From: Octopus sinensis
Lineage: Eukaryota
Length of the DNA: 33,809 bases
NCBI RefSeq assembly: GCF_006345805.1
Contig: NW_021831972.1
Coordinates: 1 to 33,809, forward strand
Direction: 5' to 3'
The notes under the pieces were generated by a model. That model saw only the letters and a program-made list of their open reading frames with translations, was not told the origin of the DNA and made no database searches. Position numbers and translations under genes: made by a program. Shown in pieces: positions 13,890 through 26,500 of the stretch (its first letter is position 1; each line of letters starts with the position of its first letter).

Positions 13890-15610
13890 TAGTATACAGC
13901 TGTAGCATGACGAAATGGAAAGTAGATCTCTTCTGAGGGAGCACACTCTTAGGGAAAGTTAATATCAAAAGTGGAATTTTCCAGAGGGACTCGTTGTCCC
14001 CTTTAATATTTGTCTTATGTTTGATCCCCCTTAGTTTAGTATTAAGAGAGTTAAAGACAGGGTATCAGTTCAGAAATAGTAATGGAAAAATTAACCATTT
14101 GTTCTATATGGATGCTCTGAAGCTTTTTAGTAAGAATGAAAAAAGATTCCTTAATACAGACTGTAAGACACTTCAGCAAAGATATAGGCAGGAAATTTGG
14201 CATAGATAAGTGTGCAATGTTAGTCATAAGAAGGGGACAAGTAGTCAATAGTGAAGGCATCCAATTACCAGATGGCCAGATATTAAAATCATTGAAAGGC
14301 GCAGAGAGTTATAAGAATCTAGGAGTATTAGAATCTGACAGGGAACAGAAAATAAAGCAAAAATTTAGAAGGAGTACATCAGAAGAGTGAGGAAGCAAAT
14401 GAAATCAAAGCTAAATGGTGCGAATCGAGTGAAGGCTGTAAATACTTGGGCAGTATCATTACTTAAATACTCAACAGCTTTTTTAGATTGGCCAAAAATT
14501 AAATTAGTAAAGCTAGGCAAAAGAACTAGGAAGGAATCCAATGAGAATGGAGGACACCACTCAAGGGCAGGAGTAGCAAGGCGGAAGAGGGTTAATAACA
14601 GTAGAAGACTGCGTGGAGTTAGCTAGAGTAGATACAGACTCCTATGTATGTAATAGTGAAGAATGTTTATTAAAAGCTGCTAAAATCACAGCAAGACATA
14701 GGGAAACCAAAAACCCAAGCAAAGTTAAAAACCAGAAAAAGAGAACAGAAATATCTGACTGGAAGGAGAAGGCGTTGCATGATAGATTCCCAAAGATAGT
14801 TGCCGCAAATAGTAGAAGTGGGAGATAGTTATGGTTGCAGAAAGGAAAGCTGAAGAGGGAGGCAGTAAGTTTGTTAGTAGCTGCATAGGATCAAGCATTA
14901 AAGACTAATTTGATAAAAGCCAAGATTAACAAAAACCAAATAGATTCCCAATGTAGATTATGCAAATATAAAGAGTAAAGTGTTACTCATATAGTAAGTG
15001 AATGTAATATGCTGGCACAAAGAATACAGAAAAAAAAACATGACAATCTAAGGAGAGTAATCCACTGGGAGCTATGTAGAAAGTTAGGATTTGAGCATAC
15101 TGATAGATGGTATGAACATGAACCTAGTAAATTACTAGAAAGTAAGAAATGCAAGTGGTTGTGGGACTTTAACATTCAGACTGACAGAGTAATAGAAGTT
15201 AGAAGGCCTGATTTAGTAGTAGTAGGCAAAGAGAATAGAAAGTGCCAGATAATTGACTGTAGAGTCCCAAATGATGAAAAAAATTAATATGAAATTAATA
15301 TGAAAGGTACAGAAAAAATAGCAAAGTACCAGGACCTAGCTACTGAATTACAAAGACTATGGGAAGTGCAAATAAAATGTATCCCAGTATTTATAGGTGC
15401 ATTGGGAACTATCCGTAAAGATCTGAACAGATGGATAGAGGAAATAGGCATAAAACCCAATTTAGTACAGCTCCAGAAAACTGTGTTATTAGGGACAGCT
15501 AGGATACTTAGGAGGGTTCTTGGCATCTAAGGCTACTTGTAGCCCGATGTTAGGATCCTTTTCTTTTCTAACAGTCTAATCTGTTGAGTGTATATGAAAA
15601 TAATAATAAT
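13890..15610 (+). mobile_element. 5'-truncated, decayed R4/Dong-type (RLE) non-LTR retrotransposon
   Basis: GIFQRDSLSPLIF, INHLFYMD(A), FGIDKCA, CRLC..SVTHIVSEC zinc finger, HDN, WDFNIQTD..RRPDLV..IID and EKIAKYQDL restriction-like endonuclease motifs; multiple stops and frameshifts; short 3' UTR then TAATAATAAT. Confidence 0.88.
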
Positions 15611-15623
15611 CATTATCATCATT

Positions 15624-15681
15624 ATGTCTGTCTTTGTATCGTTCCCCTCCCATCCTTCGCCCTGGTGGCAAATAAAAGAAA
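15624..15681 (+). mobile_element. Extreme 3' stub of a Tx1-like LINE
   Basis: CTGGTGGCAAATAAAAGAAATCAT matches the 3' junction at 13839-13862 at 23/24 nt; embedded in ATC/ATT repeats. Confidence 0.65.
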
Positions 15682-15739
<58 letters not shown>

Positions 15740-15832
15740 CATTATATTATTATTATTATTATTATTATTATATTATTATTATTATTATTATTATTATTAT
15801 CATTATTATTGTTGTTGTTGTTATTATTATCA
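15682..15832. repeat. (ATT)n microsatellite
   Basis: Direct reading. Confidence 0.97.
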
Positions 15833-16084
15833 TACTTTTAGAAAACCTTCATATAATAATGCTGGTAGTAATAACGCTGCTGCTGATGACAACGATAGAG
15901 GCGATGGTGATGATGATGATCATGGCATCGAAAATGTCGGCGATGATAGTAGTGGGTTGGGGGTGATGGTAGTGGTGCTGGAGGTGGTGGGGTGGTATTA
16001 GTAGTAATTTATTTTTTTATCGTTTTCATCATATTTTCTTGTCGCCTGGGCGTTGTAATTGCTACAGACATAAACACTGGTACA

Positions 16085-16138
16085 AGCACATATACACACA
16101 CATACACTTATACGCATATACATGCGTCTAGTTAAACA

Positions 16139-16179
<41 letters not shown>

Positions 16180-16799
16180 GAGCACAAAGGGAGACACGAA
16201 TGCATACATACATACATACATTACATTACATGCGTCACATTCAAACATACTAAAATACATAAATACACATACATATATGCGTACATATACACATACACAT
16301 ACATACATAAATACACACACATGCATACATGCATTGCATAGATACGCACACTTACGTACGCACTTGCATACAGGCACACCTGCACACGCACATACAGGCA
16401 TTACATTCATACTTATACACATACATGAATGCACACATACATGAATGCACACATACATATGCATACCTTCATATTACAACACAAAATAAGCAAATGTATA
16501 ACCAACATAGGCATATACATAGTAACACATACGCAAGTGTACACGCATACACGCACGCACATCATGTACACGCACGTATATATCCACCAGACAAATGGAA
16601 TCCACATGTTAGCCTTAAGAAGGAGTAGGAAGTGGAGGAGTGGTAGGAGTAAGCGAAGAGTGAGACGGTGGTGGTGGTAGAAGTGGTTGTGAAGTAGACA
16701 GTAATGGCGGTATAAGCAGTACAAGATTACAGTAAAGACGTTTAGTAATAAAACTGGCCAGAAGCGACACAAAATGACGCAGCAGGACAATTTGTTGCG

Positions 16800-16852
<53 letters not shown>

Positions 16853-16911
16853 ACCCCATCTCACTCATTCGTTCATGCTCTCTGTCTCTCTCTCTCTCTG
16901 TCTTGTTTCAT

Positions 16912-16972
<61 letters not shown>

Positions 16973-17112
16973 AATACATTTAATCGCTGCTTCTCTCCCG
17001 GTTTTATGATGTATTAACTCCCGCCTTCTCAAGTACTGCTACTTATTAACTCATCATCGTCGTCGTCATTGTCCTCCTCCCCCCTCTCCTCCTCCTCCTC
17101 CTCCTCTCCCTT

Positions 17113-17154
<42 letters not shown>

Positions 17155-17192
17155 TTTAATATGGCCTTAATGTATTGTGCCCTTTTGGTCAA

Positions 17193-17232
<40 letters not shown>

Positions 17233-17262
17233 GTTGTTGTTATTATTATTATTATTATTGTT

Positions 17263-17295
<33 letters not shown>

Positions 17296-17297
17296 TA
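16085..17297. repeat. Cluster of degenerate CA/CATA, (CT)n, (CCT)n, (CTA)n and (ATT)n repeats
   Basis: Direct reading; explains the many spurious low-complexity ORFs. Confidence 0.9.
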
Positions 17298-18105
17298 TCG
17301 TATTATTCATCAGTTTCTCTCATTTTTACATGCAACACGCTATTCTCCTGATAAATCCTAGTTACTGGATATATTCCATCGTGTGTGTGTGTATGTGCAT
17401 GTGTGTGTATGCATTTCGTACCTACATATAAACAACGTGGTCACGTTCAACTAACTGCACCCTACCATCCGTATTCAAGCTTCCCACAATGCACTCCAAC
17501 ATAGAACACCACACTTAAATATACATCTTACAGATCACGCATTATCCTCTACAGCTGTATAGCCACACACACTGAACGTATCTTACACACACACACATAC
17601 ACACACACACATACAAACACACACACACGCACACATACACATATACACAAACCCGCACACAAATTTAGCTACTAATGTCATATGCGCTCACACATGCAGT
17701 CACACTGGTAAACATACCACTTTACGCCAACAGATTCATCCACAACCAAGAAACATCCAATACCATCATGCGTACACCTTATACACAGCTATTCCTCATT
17801 TACTACTAACCGTTATATCCATACCATCACGTGACTTTTTACATCACACGCACACACAAACATAACCACTATAGTGCGTATGTGTGTGTATACAAATGTG
17901 TGTGTGTATGTTTGTTTGTGTGTGTGCCTGTGTATCTAGATAGATATATGCATATGCTTTTAGATTCTTAGCTGAAAGTATTATGTAGCAATAACGACTT
18001 GCACATCTAGCTATACGGACTTTACATTCTGCGACACACAGCAGATGTTGTTTAGCATCGGTGTAAATGAAAACATAGGACGTTTAAAATCATTTCAGTT
18101 TAGAC

Positions 18106-18414
18106 CAATGGTTCCCAAAATGGGCGGTATTGCCCCCCTGGGGCGGGGGAAAGTTCCGAGGGACGTTGAAGAAAAGTGGGGTGATAATAGGGTAGCAATT
18201 CATGTAAAATGCGGGGCGATAATGGGGTAGCAATTCATGCAAAAACAACGAAATAATGGGTTCGTTAGGTTAAGTTTTATTTGTGAAATACAGTTGCTTT
18301 GAATTTGCTTCAGAAAGAGGTCTATGTCTGTGATGGTTACTTGGGGTGGTAGGGGCTAGGAATATGACCTGGGTGTCAAGGAGGCGGCAGTCCCCAAAAT
18401 TTTGTGAACCACTG
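18106..18414. mobile_element. Non-autonomous hAT (Charlie-type) MITE
   Basis: TIRs CAATGGTTCCCAAA / TTTGTGAACCACTG; 8-bp flanks GTTTAGAC (18098-18105) and GCTTACAC (18415-18422), 6/8 identical; internal ~35-bp duplication at ~18178-18245. Confidence 0.8.
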
Positions 18415-19099
18415 GCTTACACTAACACACGCGCGCGCACGCATGTACGCACGCATATACACACATATACACACACACTCACACAAATACACACACATCA
18501 GTATCCTGAGCTCAAAACTCTCCTTCTTTCCATCTTTGCTAGTTCTCTTTCTTCTCCACTCTTCTCCCTTTCTCTTTCCCTTCCCCCTCTCTCTCACTCT
18601 CTCGCTCTTTCTACCTCTCCCCCTCTTTCACCCCTCTGCATCACTTTTCTTCTTTCTCACGATCACTCCTGCTCCTTCGTACTTAATCATACTGTAACTC
18701 AAATTGTCGTTCCACTTTCTGACCTTCTATCATACTCCCCAGCTTCCATTTTACACGAGGCCTACCATGTAAGCAGACCTCATATATATGATATCTTTTA
18801 GTTTTGCTTTTGTCTCAAGGTTCTCTTATTTCATAAAAGATATCCGAAACGTTATATTCTCTTATGTTTTTTCGAAGAGTTTGTTTATCTTCATTGCACA
18901 TTTCTTCCGCTGCCGCTTTTATTTCTGCACTTTTTCAGGTACATGTGTTGCTTGTGCGACTCGATGCATTATTTGCTTGTTTTCTTCATGTTTCACAAAT
19001 TATACTCTTGAAAACATATGCATGTATACATGTATGTATATATGTATGTATATATGTTTTATATGTATATATATATAAAACACACACACACACACACAC

Positions 19100-19146
<47 letters not shown>

Positions 19147-19149
<3 letters not shown>

Positions 19150-19540
19150 CGCAGGCTTGGCTGTGGGGTAAGGAGTTTACTTCCCACCATATTGTTGCAG
19201 GCTCAGTCCCACTGCGTGTCACTTCTACTATAGCCTCGGTCAAACCAAAGCCTTGTGAGTGCATTTGGTAGACGGAAACTGAAAGCCTGTCTTATATATA
19301 TGTGCGTGTGTATGTGTGTGAGTGTGTGTGTGTATGTGTGTGTTTGTCCCTCCGCCATCGCTTGACAAGCGATGTTGATGTGTTTACTTTTCCGAAACTT
19401 AGCTGTTCGGCAAAAGGGATCAGTAAAATAAGTACTAGGCTTACAAAAAACAAGTCCTATGGTCGATTTGTTAGATTGAGACCCTTTGCAGTGGTGCTTC
19501 AGCATGGCTGCTGTCAAATGACTGAAACAAATAAAAGAAT
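19147..19540 (+). mobile_element. SINE family A, full length
   Basis: Same head, internal (TG)n and tail as 140-512. Confidence 0.88.
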
Positions 19541-19563
19541 ATATTTATAAATATATATATATA

Positions 19564-19650
<87 letters not shown>

Positions 19651-19652
<2 letters not shown>

Positions 19653-19853
19653 TCTTTATTACCCACAAGGGGCTAAACACAGGGAGGACCAACGGATTAA
19701 GTCAATTACATCGACCCCAGTGCGTAACCGATACTTAATTTATCGACCCCGAAAGGATGAAAGGCAAAGCAACCTCGGCAGAATTTGAACCAGAACGTAA
19801 CGGCAGACGAAATACGGCTACGCATTTCGCCCGGCGTGCTAACGTTTGTGCCT
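19651..19853 (-). mobile_element. SINE family B monomer with Tx1-like tail (type 1), embedded in (TA)n
   Basis: Core CGACCCCGAAAGGATGAAAGGCAAAG; minus-strand end GTGTTTAGCCCCTTGTGGGTAATAAAGAAA. Confidence 0.85.
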
Positions 19854-19880
19854 TCATATATATATATATATATACTTAAC

Positions 19881-19923
<43 letters not shown>

Positions 19924-20074
19924 TTAAGTAGGTGAATGAACTATCCTATGTTTGTCGTCAGCATGGAAAATTCATTTAACCGAAACCTGGGTAGCAAATT
20001 CACGTCAGAAACACGGTTGAAGCGACCTGTCAAGGGTAGAAACTTCGGGTTCATGTGCAAAAATTTGTATGTTG

Positions 20075-20197
20075 TATATGAATAAATGAAAGAATGGAGT
20101 TGAACGAAGATGTTAACAAATTCCTTTACTCTCGAAACATATGTCGAGAGTAAAGGAATTTTGTTAACATCTTCGTTCGACTCCATTCTTTCATTTA

Positions 20198-20204
<7 letters not shown>
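20075..20204. repeat. ~60-bp-arm near-perfect palindrome, possibly a Penelope-like terminus
   Basis: ATATGAATAAATGAAAGAATGGAG...CTCTCGA / TCGAGAG...CTCCATTCTTTCATTTATTCATAT with one mismatch and one indel. Confidence 0.85.
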
Positions 20205-20266
<62 letters not shown>

Positions 20267-20271
<5 letters not shown>

Positions 20272-21408
20272 CACATTAAGTACTGGACATCATCATCGAG
20301 CGAAAAATGCGTAAATACATAACGAGAGACGAGTACGGGTGAAAATACCAAAAGAAGTCTAACTCCTCCTCAGTTGTCGACTGTTTATTATTACCTGTTT
20401 CGTACTTTTAACGGCAAGACAGGAAAACTTCATAAGACAGCAACATCCAGAAATTTTGAAAATATAAAATTTGTGGAGAGTTAGGCCTTCGAACAAACAA
20501 ACGACACTAGAATGGACGTAGAGAGCAAACAATCGACGAAAACAGACACTAAGAGCCGTTAGGCCAAGACAGATTGTAATGGGTAACACCTGGGATAAAC
20601 TTTTAAAGGAAATAGAATAAATAGAAGAGAAAAATAGATGAGAAAAAAAGATATCGAGGGGCGAGAGAAATGACGTCCGGGTATCTGGACGTCTCATCCA
20701 GAAAAGACAGAGACGAGAAAATGGCATGTAGTCACGTGAGAGCAACTGGCAGAGTGGAAGGGGACAAGGGAGAGGATGAGGGAAAGAAATAAAGGGAGTG
20801 GGGAGAAGGGAGAAGGAAAGAAAGATAACGTGAATGAAAGACGGACTGGGGACAGTAAAGGAGGAGAAGAAAAAGAAATATAGAAGATTATAGTGGATAG
20901 AGAGAAAGAAAGAAAATAGGCTGGGAACAGAGTCGCCGAAATTATATGTAAATTTAAAAACTTAGTTGACGAAGGATGCGTGGGGTTCTATTATTAAATA
21001 AGAATGAAAAAATACACATTAAGTAGAAGATATCTTTTTCTTTTTCTCCCCCTCCTTCTTTGTTATCCCTCGTTTGTCTTTTTTTACTCTCTATCTTTCT
21101 TTCCTTCTCCCTTCTCCTCACTACCTTTATTTCCCTAAACCTCTGTCTTCGATTGTTTACTTCTATGTCCACTCTGGTGGTGTTTGTTCGTTCGAAGGCC
21201 CAACTTTCCACAAATTTTATATTTAAAAATTTTCTGGATGCTGCTGTTTTATAAAGTTTTCTTGTCTTGTTGTTAAAAGCATGAAACAGGTAGAAATAAA
21301 GCAGTCGACAACTGAGGAGTTAGACTTCTTTTGTTATTTTGTCCCGTACTTGTCTCTCGTTGTGTTTACGTTTTTTCGCTCGTTGGTGATGTCCTATACT
21401 TAATGTGT
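20267..21408. mobile_element. Inverted-repeat element (arms ~20271-20546 and ~21141-21408), probably a non-autonomous Penelope-like element
   Basis: Arms are diverged reverse complements (e.g. AAAAGAAGTCTAACTCCTC..AGTTGTCGACTG vs CAGTCGACAACTGAGGAGTTAGACTTCTTTT); the PLE assignment is inference from architecture only. Confidence 0.55.
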
Positions 21409-22354
21409 GTGTGTGTGTGTATGTGTGTGTATACATACACACATATATATCTATATACACATATATATATACATATTTATATGTATATGGATGTGTATGC
21501 ATGTATATATTTAAAATCTTACACACATACACCCACATGTATATGTGTATGTTTTTCTGATATCACAATTAAGAGACATAAGCAGGAAACTCAACGAAAA
21601 AAAATGTCACAATATTGTTTACTCACTGTCTTACTATGTCAGTAACGACAGATATTGTTTTAGCATGCGGCTACCAGTCAATACATGCTAAAGGTAAAGC
21701 TTAAGGAGGCAGAAATGCGTTCTCTGGCATTTTCATCGCCGTTCTTGAGCAATGTTTATCTACTGCCGATATATTTGTATTTCAGACATATAATGTTCAT
21801 AAGAGACAGACATAATGTAAAGCGCTTTTTTGTGACGTGTTTACATTAAGTATGATACACAAATAACTATGTTGATCAAATACTTCTTCAGTTGCAGATA
21901 ACGGATTCATACATATATTTGTATATGCAGGGTATCAGGCCCATGGGTAATTGACACCCGAGGCGAATCAAACTTTAACCCCCCCCCCCACCACCACCAC
22001 TCCACAGAGTGCAGGGTTGGCAAGCGAAGCGAGCTCAACTAGCTGGGGATTTTTCCAAGAAAGTTTTTAGAAATGTGAATAAATATAGGAGCAATTTGAA
22101 GTCACTTGTAAAGGAAAATTTTAAAATTTATTTCTTAAAAATTAACGAAAGAAATATAATAACTAACAAGTATGATGTATTGAAAATTTAATATTTTACT
22201 AATTGGATGCGAGCAAATATGGTAAACAAACAGTAGTTCACCAAGCCTTTGTTTGTATTCTCCTTCTTTGATTTGATTTGATTCAAAGATATTGTTTTTT
22301 TTTAATTATTAGTTTTGGAAATATTTAAATACTATTTTCTTTTACACTTGGTAC

Positions 22355-23190
22355 TTAAAAGCTAATTTTGCGAGCTTTCTGTCTTGCAAAATCTTTTACA
22401 AGCTCTTGGAGAGGAAATTCTCTAGCAAATTTCATGTTCTATAGAAATCGTAGCTAGTCTGGTGAGCCTCTCTTGGACCATTGAAGTTCTTAGATACGTC
22501 ACTATTAATTTAAGTTTTGAAAAGCTACGCTCTCCGCTTGCGACACTTACTGGTAGGGTTAGCAGGATTCTGGGAGCGATGGACAAATTTGGAAAGCTTT
22601 CTCTTTGTTGCTGCTCGCAAAATAGCTCAACCATTTTCAGAGGACCATAGGATTTTTCAAGTCTTCTTGATATGACATTCAGTTCATTAGACAACTCTTT
22701 AGCATCAATATCCTTTGACTCTTTATGCAAAATTCCATTACTTGATGAAAAGTTTCACATTGCAAAGATTTTATATCATACAGAAGGCCGAAGATGGAAT
22801 TTATTTTTTTCAGTTGTTCAAAGCGTTTTGAAACTGAGTTAATTGATGCATCCAGTATTGCAAAATTTTATTTTATTTTGTAGCTTTGTTTACGTTATCT
22901 TGGATAGGTTCATTTTTTACTTCATATGAGAATTGTTGTTTCTTTCATCTAATACGCGCTGGCTTTGCTTCAAATTCTGCACACATCTCAAATTCATCAG
23001 CTACCTCACGAGCATCAGCAAGTACTTCTTCAATTTTTTTTTAATTACTCCTGCAATTGATAAGATACTTTTTGGTTTGTTCAAGCTCGTTAAGTGCAGA
23101 GTCTACTAGCAATCTTTTGCTAGTAATGTTAATTTCAAAAAGAACATTATACCAAAGAATTAATGAAGTCACAAAACTGAACTTCGAAGT
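22355..23190 (-). pseudogene. hAT transposase C-terminal remnant (hATC dimerisation domain)
   Basis: FPNLSIAPRILLTLPVSVASGERSFSKLKLIVTYLRTSMVQERL...SIE, then frameshifted ...DFARQKARKISF*; cut off upstream at (GATA)n 23197-23244. Confidence 0.9.
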
Positions 23191-23195
23191 CTCGT

Positions 23196-23245
<50 letters not shown>

Positions 23246-24226
23246 TAGCGACATAACTACAGATGTATACCCCCATCCGACTTTGTTGCCTCATAACTTC
23301 CCGAGAAATGTATACTTTTTAACGAAATTTTCAACAAATACAACTTAAATGCTGTGAATGCAGAGTATATAGGGATTTATGGGAAAGATTTTCCCAGAGG
23401 GTGAGGAGAAGAGTTTTGGAAAATTCACACGATCCGAATTTTATACAAATTCCTTTTAAACGGCATTTATTACGATTATCGTTTCTTCCTCACTGTCGAA
23501 TGTATTGATGACAATTGCAGCGTAGAAGATATTTGTCACTGACGAAACTTCGCCAAGTTTTGTTAGTGAGCATGTCGCGGTTTCAAAGTGACGAAAATAT
23601 TTTGATACAAATGAAATTTAAATGAAGGGAAACTAACGGTTTTTGTGTGTTATTAAAAAACTTACAAATATTTTCCACGCAGTAATTGTTTTTGTTTCAG
23701 CAAGCGATCTCAGATCAAGTCACTTGCTATGCAAGTACATCGTAAAGTATTGATGTTTTTCAATAAACGCTTGCGGGTGTGAAAATGGAGGGTGGTTTGG
23801 GATGTGCTAGAAACAACAGTCAAATCTCCCTTGAGTCGTACTCTTTTTCCTCGGAAACTATTAAAATATTTATTTTTTAATTTTTTACCGAAAAGGCTCC
23901 TCTCAAGGTTGTTACTTCTTTCAGTAAGTTATCGTAGTTTCTTGCAAATAGTGAATTAAAACTTGAAATGAAACATTCAAAGAGAAAGTGAGAGGGTTTG
24001 CAAATGAAAACGAACAATTCTCCATTACTACGTCTATAGCGGAAGTTGATATTGAAAAACTTTTTGAAAGATAGTGAATCATATATATAAAGCAATATTA
24101 TTAATTTTTAAGAAAAAAATAAACTGAATATCCTCTTATTTTTCCGAAATGAAATCATTTACACATTAGAGGCAATTCGCGCAGCCATTTTGGCGTGAAA
24201 AACGAATACACACACAAACACAACTC

Positions 24227-24322
24227 TATTTTATCATATAGATTACAAAAACTGTTTAAGTTAAGTTCAATATATATTTTATCATATAGATTACAAAAAC
24301 ACTTTAAGTTAAGCTCAATATA
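24227..24322. repeat. 48-bp tandem duplication
   Basis: TATTTTATCATATAGATTACAAAAAC..TTTAAGTTAAG.TCAATATA twice. Confidence 0.85.
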
Positions 24323-25135
24323 ATTGAATACATTACTCATTATACAATTTATTACAACTGTTAAGTATATTACACATTCTTTTGAATATTTTAACAACGA
24401 TTGTAAACATATACACATAATATGTTAAATTTTAAAATTTATTTGTTTTCTGGGGGGCCTCAAATTAAACCGGACGGTAAATTTCAAACGATTGGCTGCG
24501 CCGCGGGCCGAAGCCTTAGAAGGAACTTTGGATTTCGGAAACGTAAGTGTAACTGAAATATTTATCAAACTTTACTTACTAATTGCTGATGATTTGATAA
24601 ATGAATTTTTTATTATAACAAAATTGTCACTTTATAATTATAAATTTCTTAAACTCTCTCTCGCCTAAGTCAGCGCCTTCCAAGACATCCTCAGATTTTG
24701 TCGCTCCCTAGATGCTGCCGCCCTAGGCGGTCGCCTAGTTCGCCTAGTGGTAGATCTGGCCCTGTGTATACGTATGTAAATGTATGTATGTGTATATAAA
24801 AAAGAGGTATAATCTCGACGTTCAAGAATTTTCCAAATGAATATGATATTTTGAATTATCTGGGGACAAAAATTGACAGTTGTGGACACGTACTTTGACT
24901 TCCATAGGTTTCGTCAGCACACCAATTGTTCTGCCTTATCTTGAACAGACCAGACATTTAGACACATTAACCTCTAGATAATTTGCATAAGTGAATGGAA
25001 TGTGAGATTAGAGAAAGACCTCAGACTGGATAATATATTGAGTTATACATCATTTCTGCACTGCGGAAAATACATTTTAATATACTTTACAACTTATACA
25101 TTTCGACATATGTGTGTGAGTACGTGTGTGTGAGT

Positions 25136-25178
<43 letters not shown>

Positions 25179-25446
25179 TGTGTGTGTGTGTGTGTGTAAG
25201 AGTATGTGTAATGGCTGGTCAATATATATCTATATTTACACATGTACAAAAATGGATAATCAACAATGAAATCTATAGGAAGAAAGTACATACAGTGGAA
25301 ATAATCGGCAAAGTATCTGCCTATTGCACGTAGCACGTAGCTGTTATATTTGTCTCGGAAAGAAATTGCACATACTGCAATAGCCAGCTATATTCCTCAA
25401 TCAGGAGTCCACCTCTCCGTTTGCAGTCAGTGGTACAGTTGTCATT

Positions 25447-25790
25447 ACTCTTTTACTTGTTTCAGTCATTTGACTGTCGCCATGCTGAAGCACCGCCTTT
25501 AGTCGAGCAAATCGAACCCAGGATTTGCTAAGTTACGGGGACGTAAACACACCAGCATCGGTTGTCAAGCGATATTGGGGGTGGGGGGACAAACACAGAC
25601 ACACAAACATATATATATATATACATATATACTACGGGCTTCTTTCAGTTTCGACTACAAAATCTACTCACAAGGATTTGGTCGGCTCGAGGCTGTAGTA
25701 GAAGATACTCAAGGTGCCTCGCAGTGGGACTGAACCCGGAACCATGTGGTTGGTAAGCAGGCTACTTACCACACAGCCACTCCTACGCCT
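25447..25790 (-). mobile_element. SINE family A
   Basis: CTCTTTTACTTGTTTCAGTCATTTGACTG...GCAGTGGGACTGAACCCGGAACCATGTGGTTGG...CACACAGCCACTCCT. Confidence 0.88.
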
Positions 25791-26139
25791 CTGGATAATT
25801 TTAAACAACTGCCACTAACAATTATTTCTTTATTATCCATAAGGATTAATAACATAGATGGGGACAGTACAACTGCCACTAACAATACCACCACAATTCC
25901 ACTATCACCATATCCACATTCTGCCACATGATGACTTCTCGATACTACTTATGAGGGAGCTGCCAGATGATCGTTCAAACTGCCAGAAATGGCAGCCAAA
26001 GCTCTCTCAAGTGACAACTTAATACAGACACAGATATTGTAGTTTTAAACGCTTTTAACAGATTGGATGGTCACAAATGGATTGCTTTGATTGTATGTTT
26101 GCCAAATGATGGTTGCTCTGGGACTAAACAACAATACAA

Positions 26140-26500
26140 TCACCACCACCACGACCACGACCACCACCACCACCTCCACCTCCACGACCACCTCCACCTC
26201 CACGACCACCACGACGACGACCACCACCACCACAACAACAACAACAACAACGACAACAGCAACAACAACAGCAACAACAAAAAGACTTCCAACCACTATA
26301 CCACCACCATCATCACTGACAGCGCCATTTTCAGACTACCATCTCCGTGAGGACCATCACAATCACTACCACAGTCTTTTACCATCACCTTCTTTACCAC
26401 AACCGCTACAACCACTACCACAGCCGCCAATATCATCACCACCACCACCACCGCCACCACCGCCACCGCCGCCGACGACGACGACGACAACAACAATGCT
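26140..26500. repeat. (ACC)n/(ACG)n/(AAC)n trinucleotide low-complexity tract
   Basis: Direct reading. Confidence 0.92.

Larger units (their letters stand above)
21928..24764 (-). mobile_element. hAT DNA transposon (decayed, with internal insertions)
   Basis: Ends CAGGG... / ...GGCCCTG with CGCCTAG subterminal repeats; flanks TGTATATG (21920-21927) and TGTATACG (24765-24772) form an 8-bp TSD with one CpG transition. Confidence 0.82.

Noticed and set aside
23245-23690. Helitron/Helentron-like insert next to (GATA)n
   Set aside because: No diagnostic termini or hairpin could be identified with confidence
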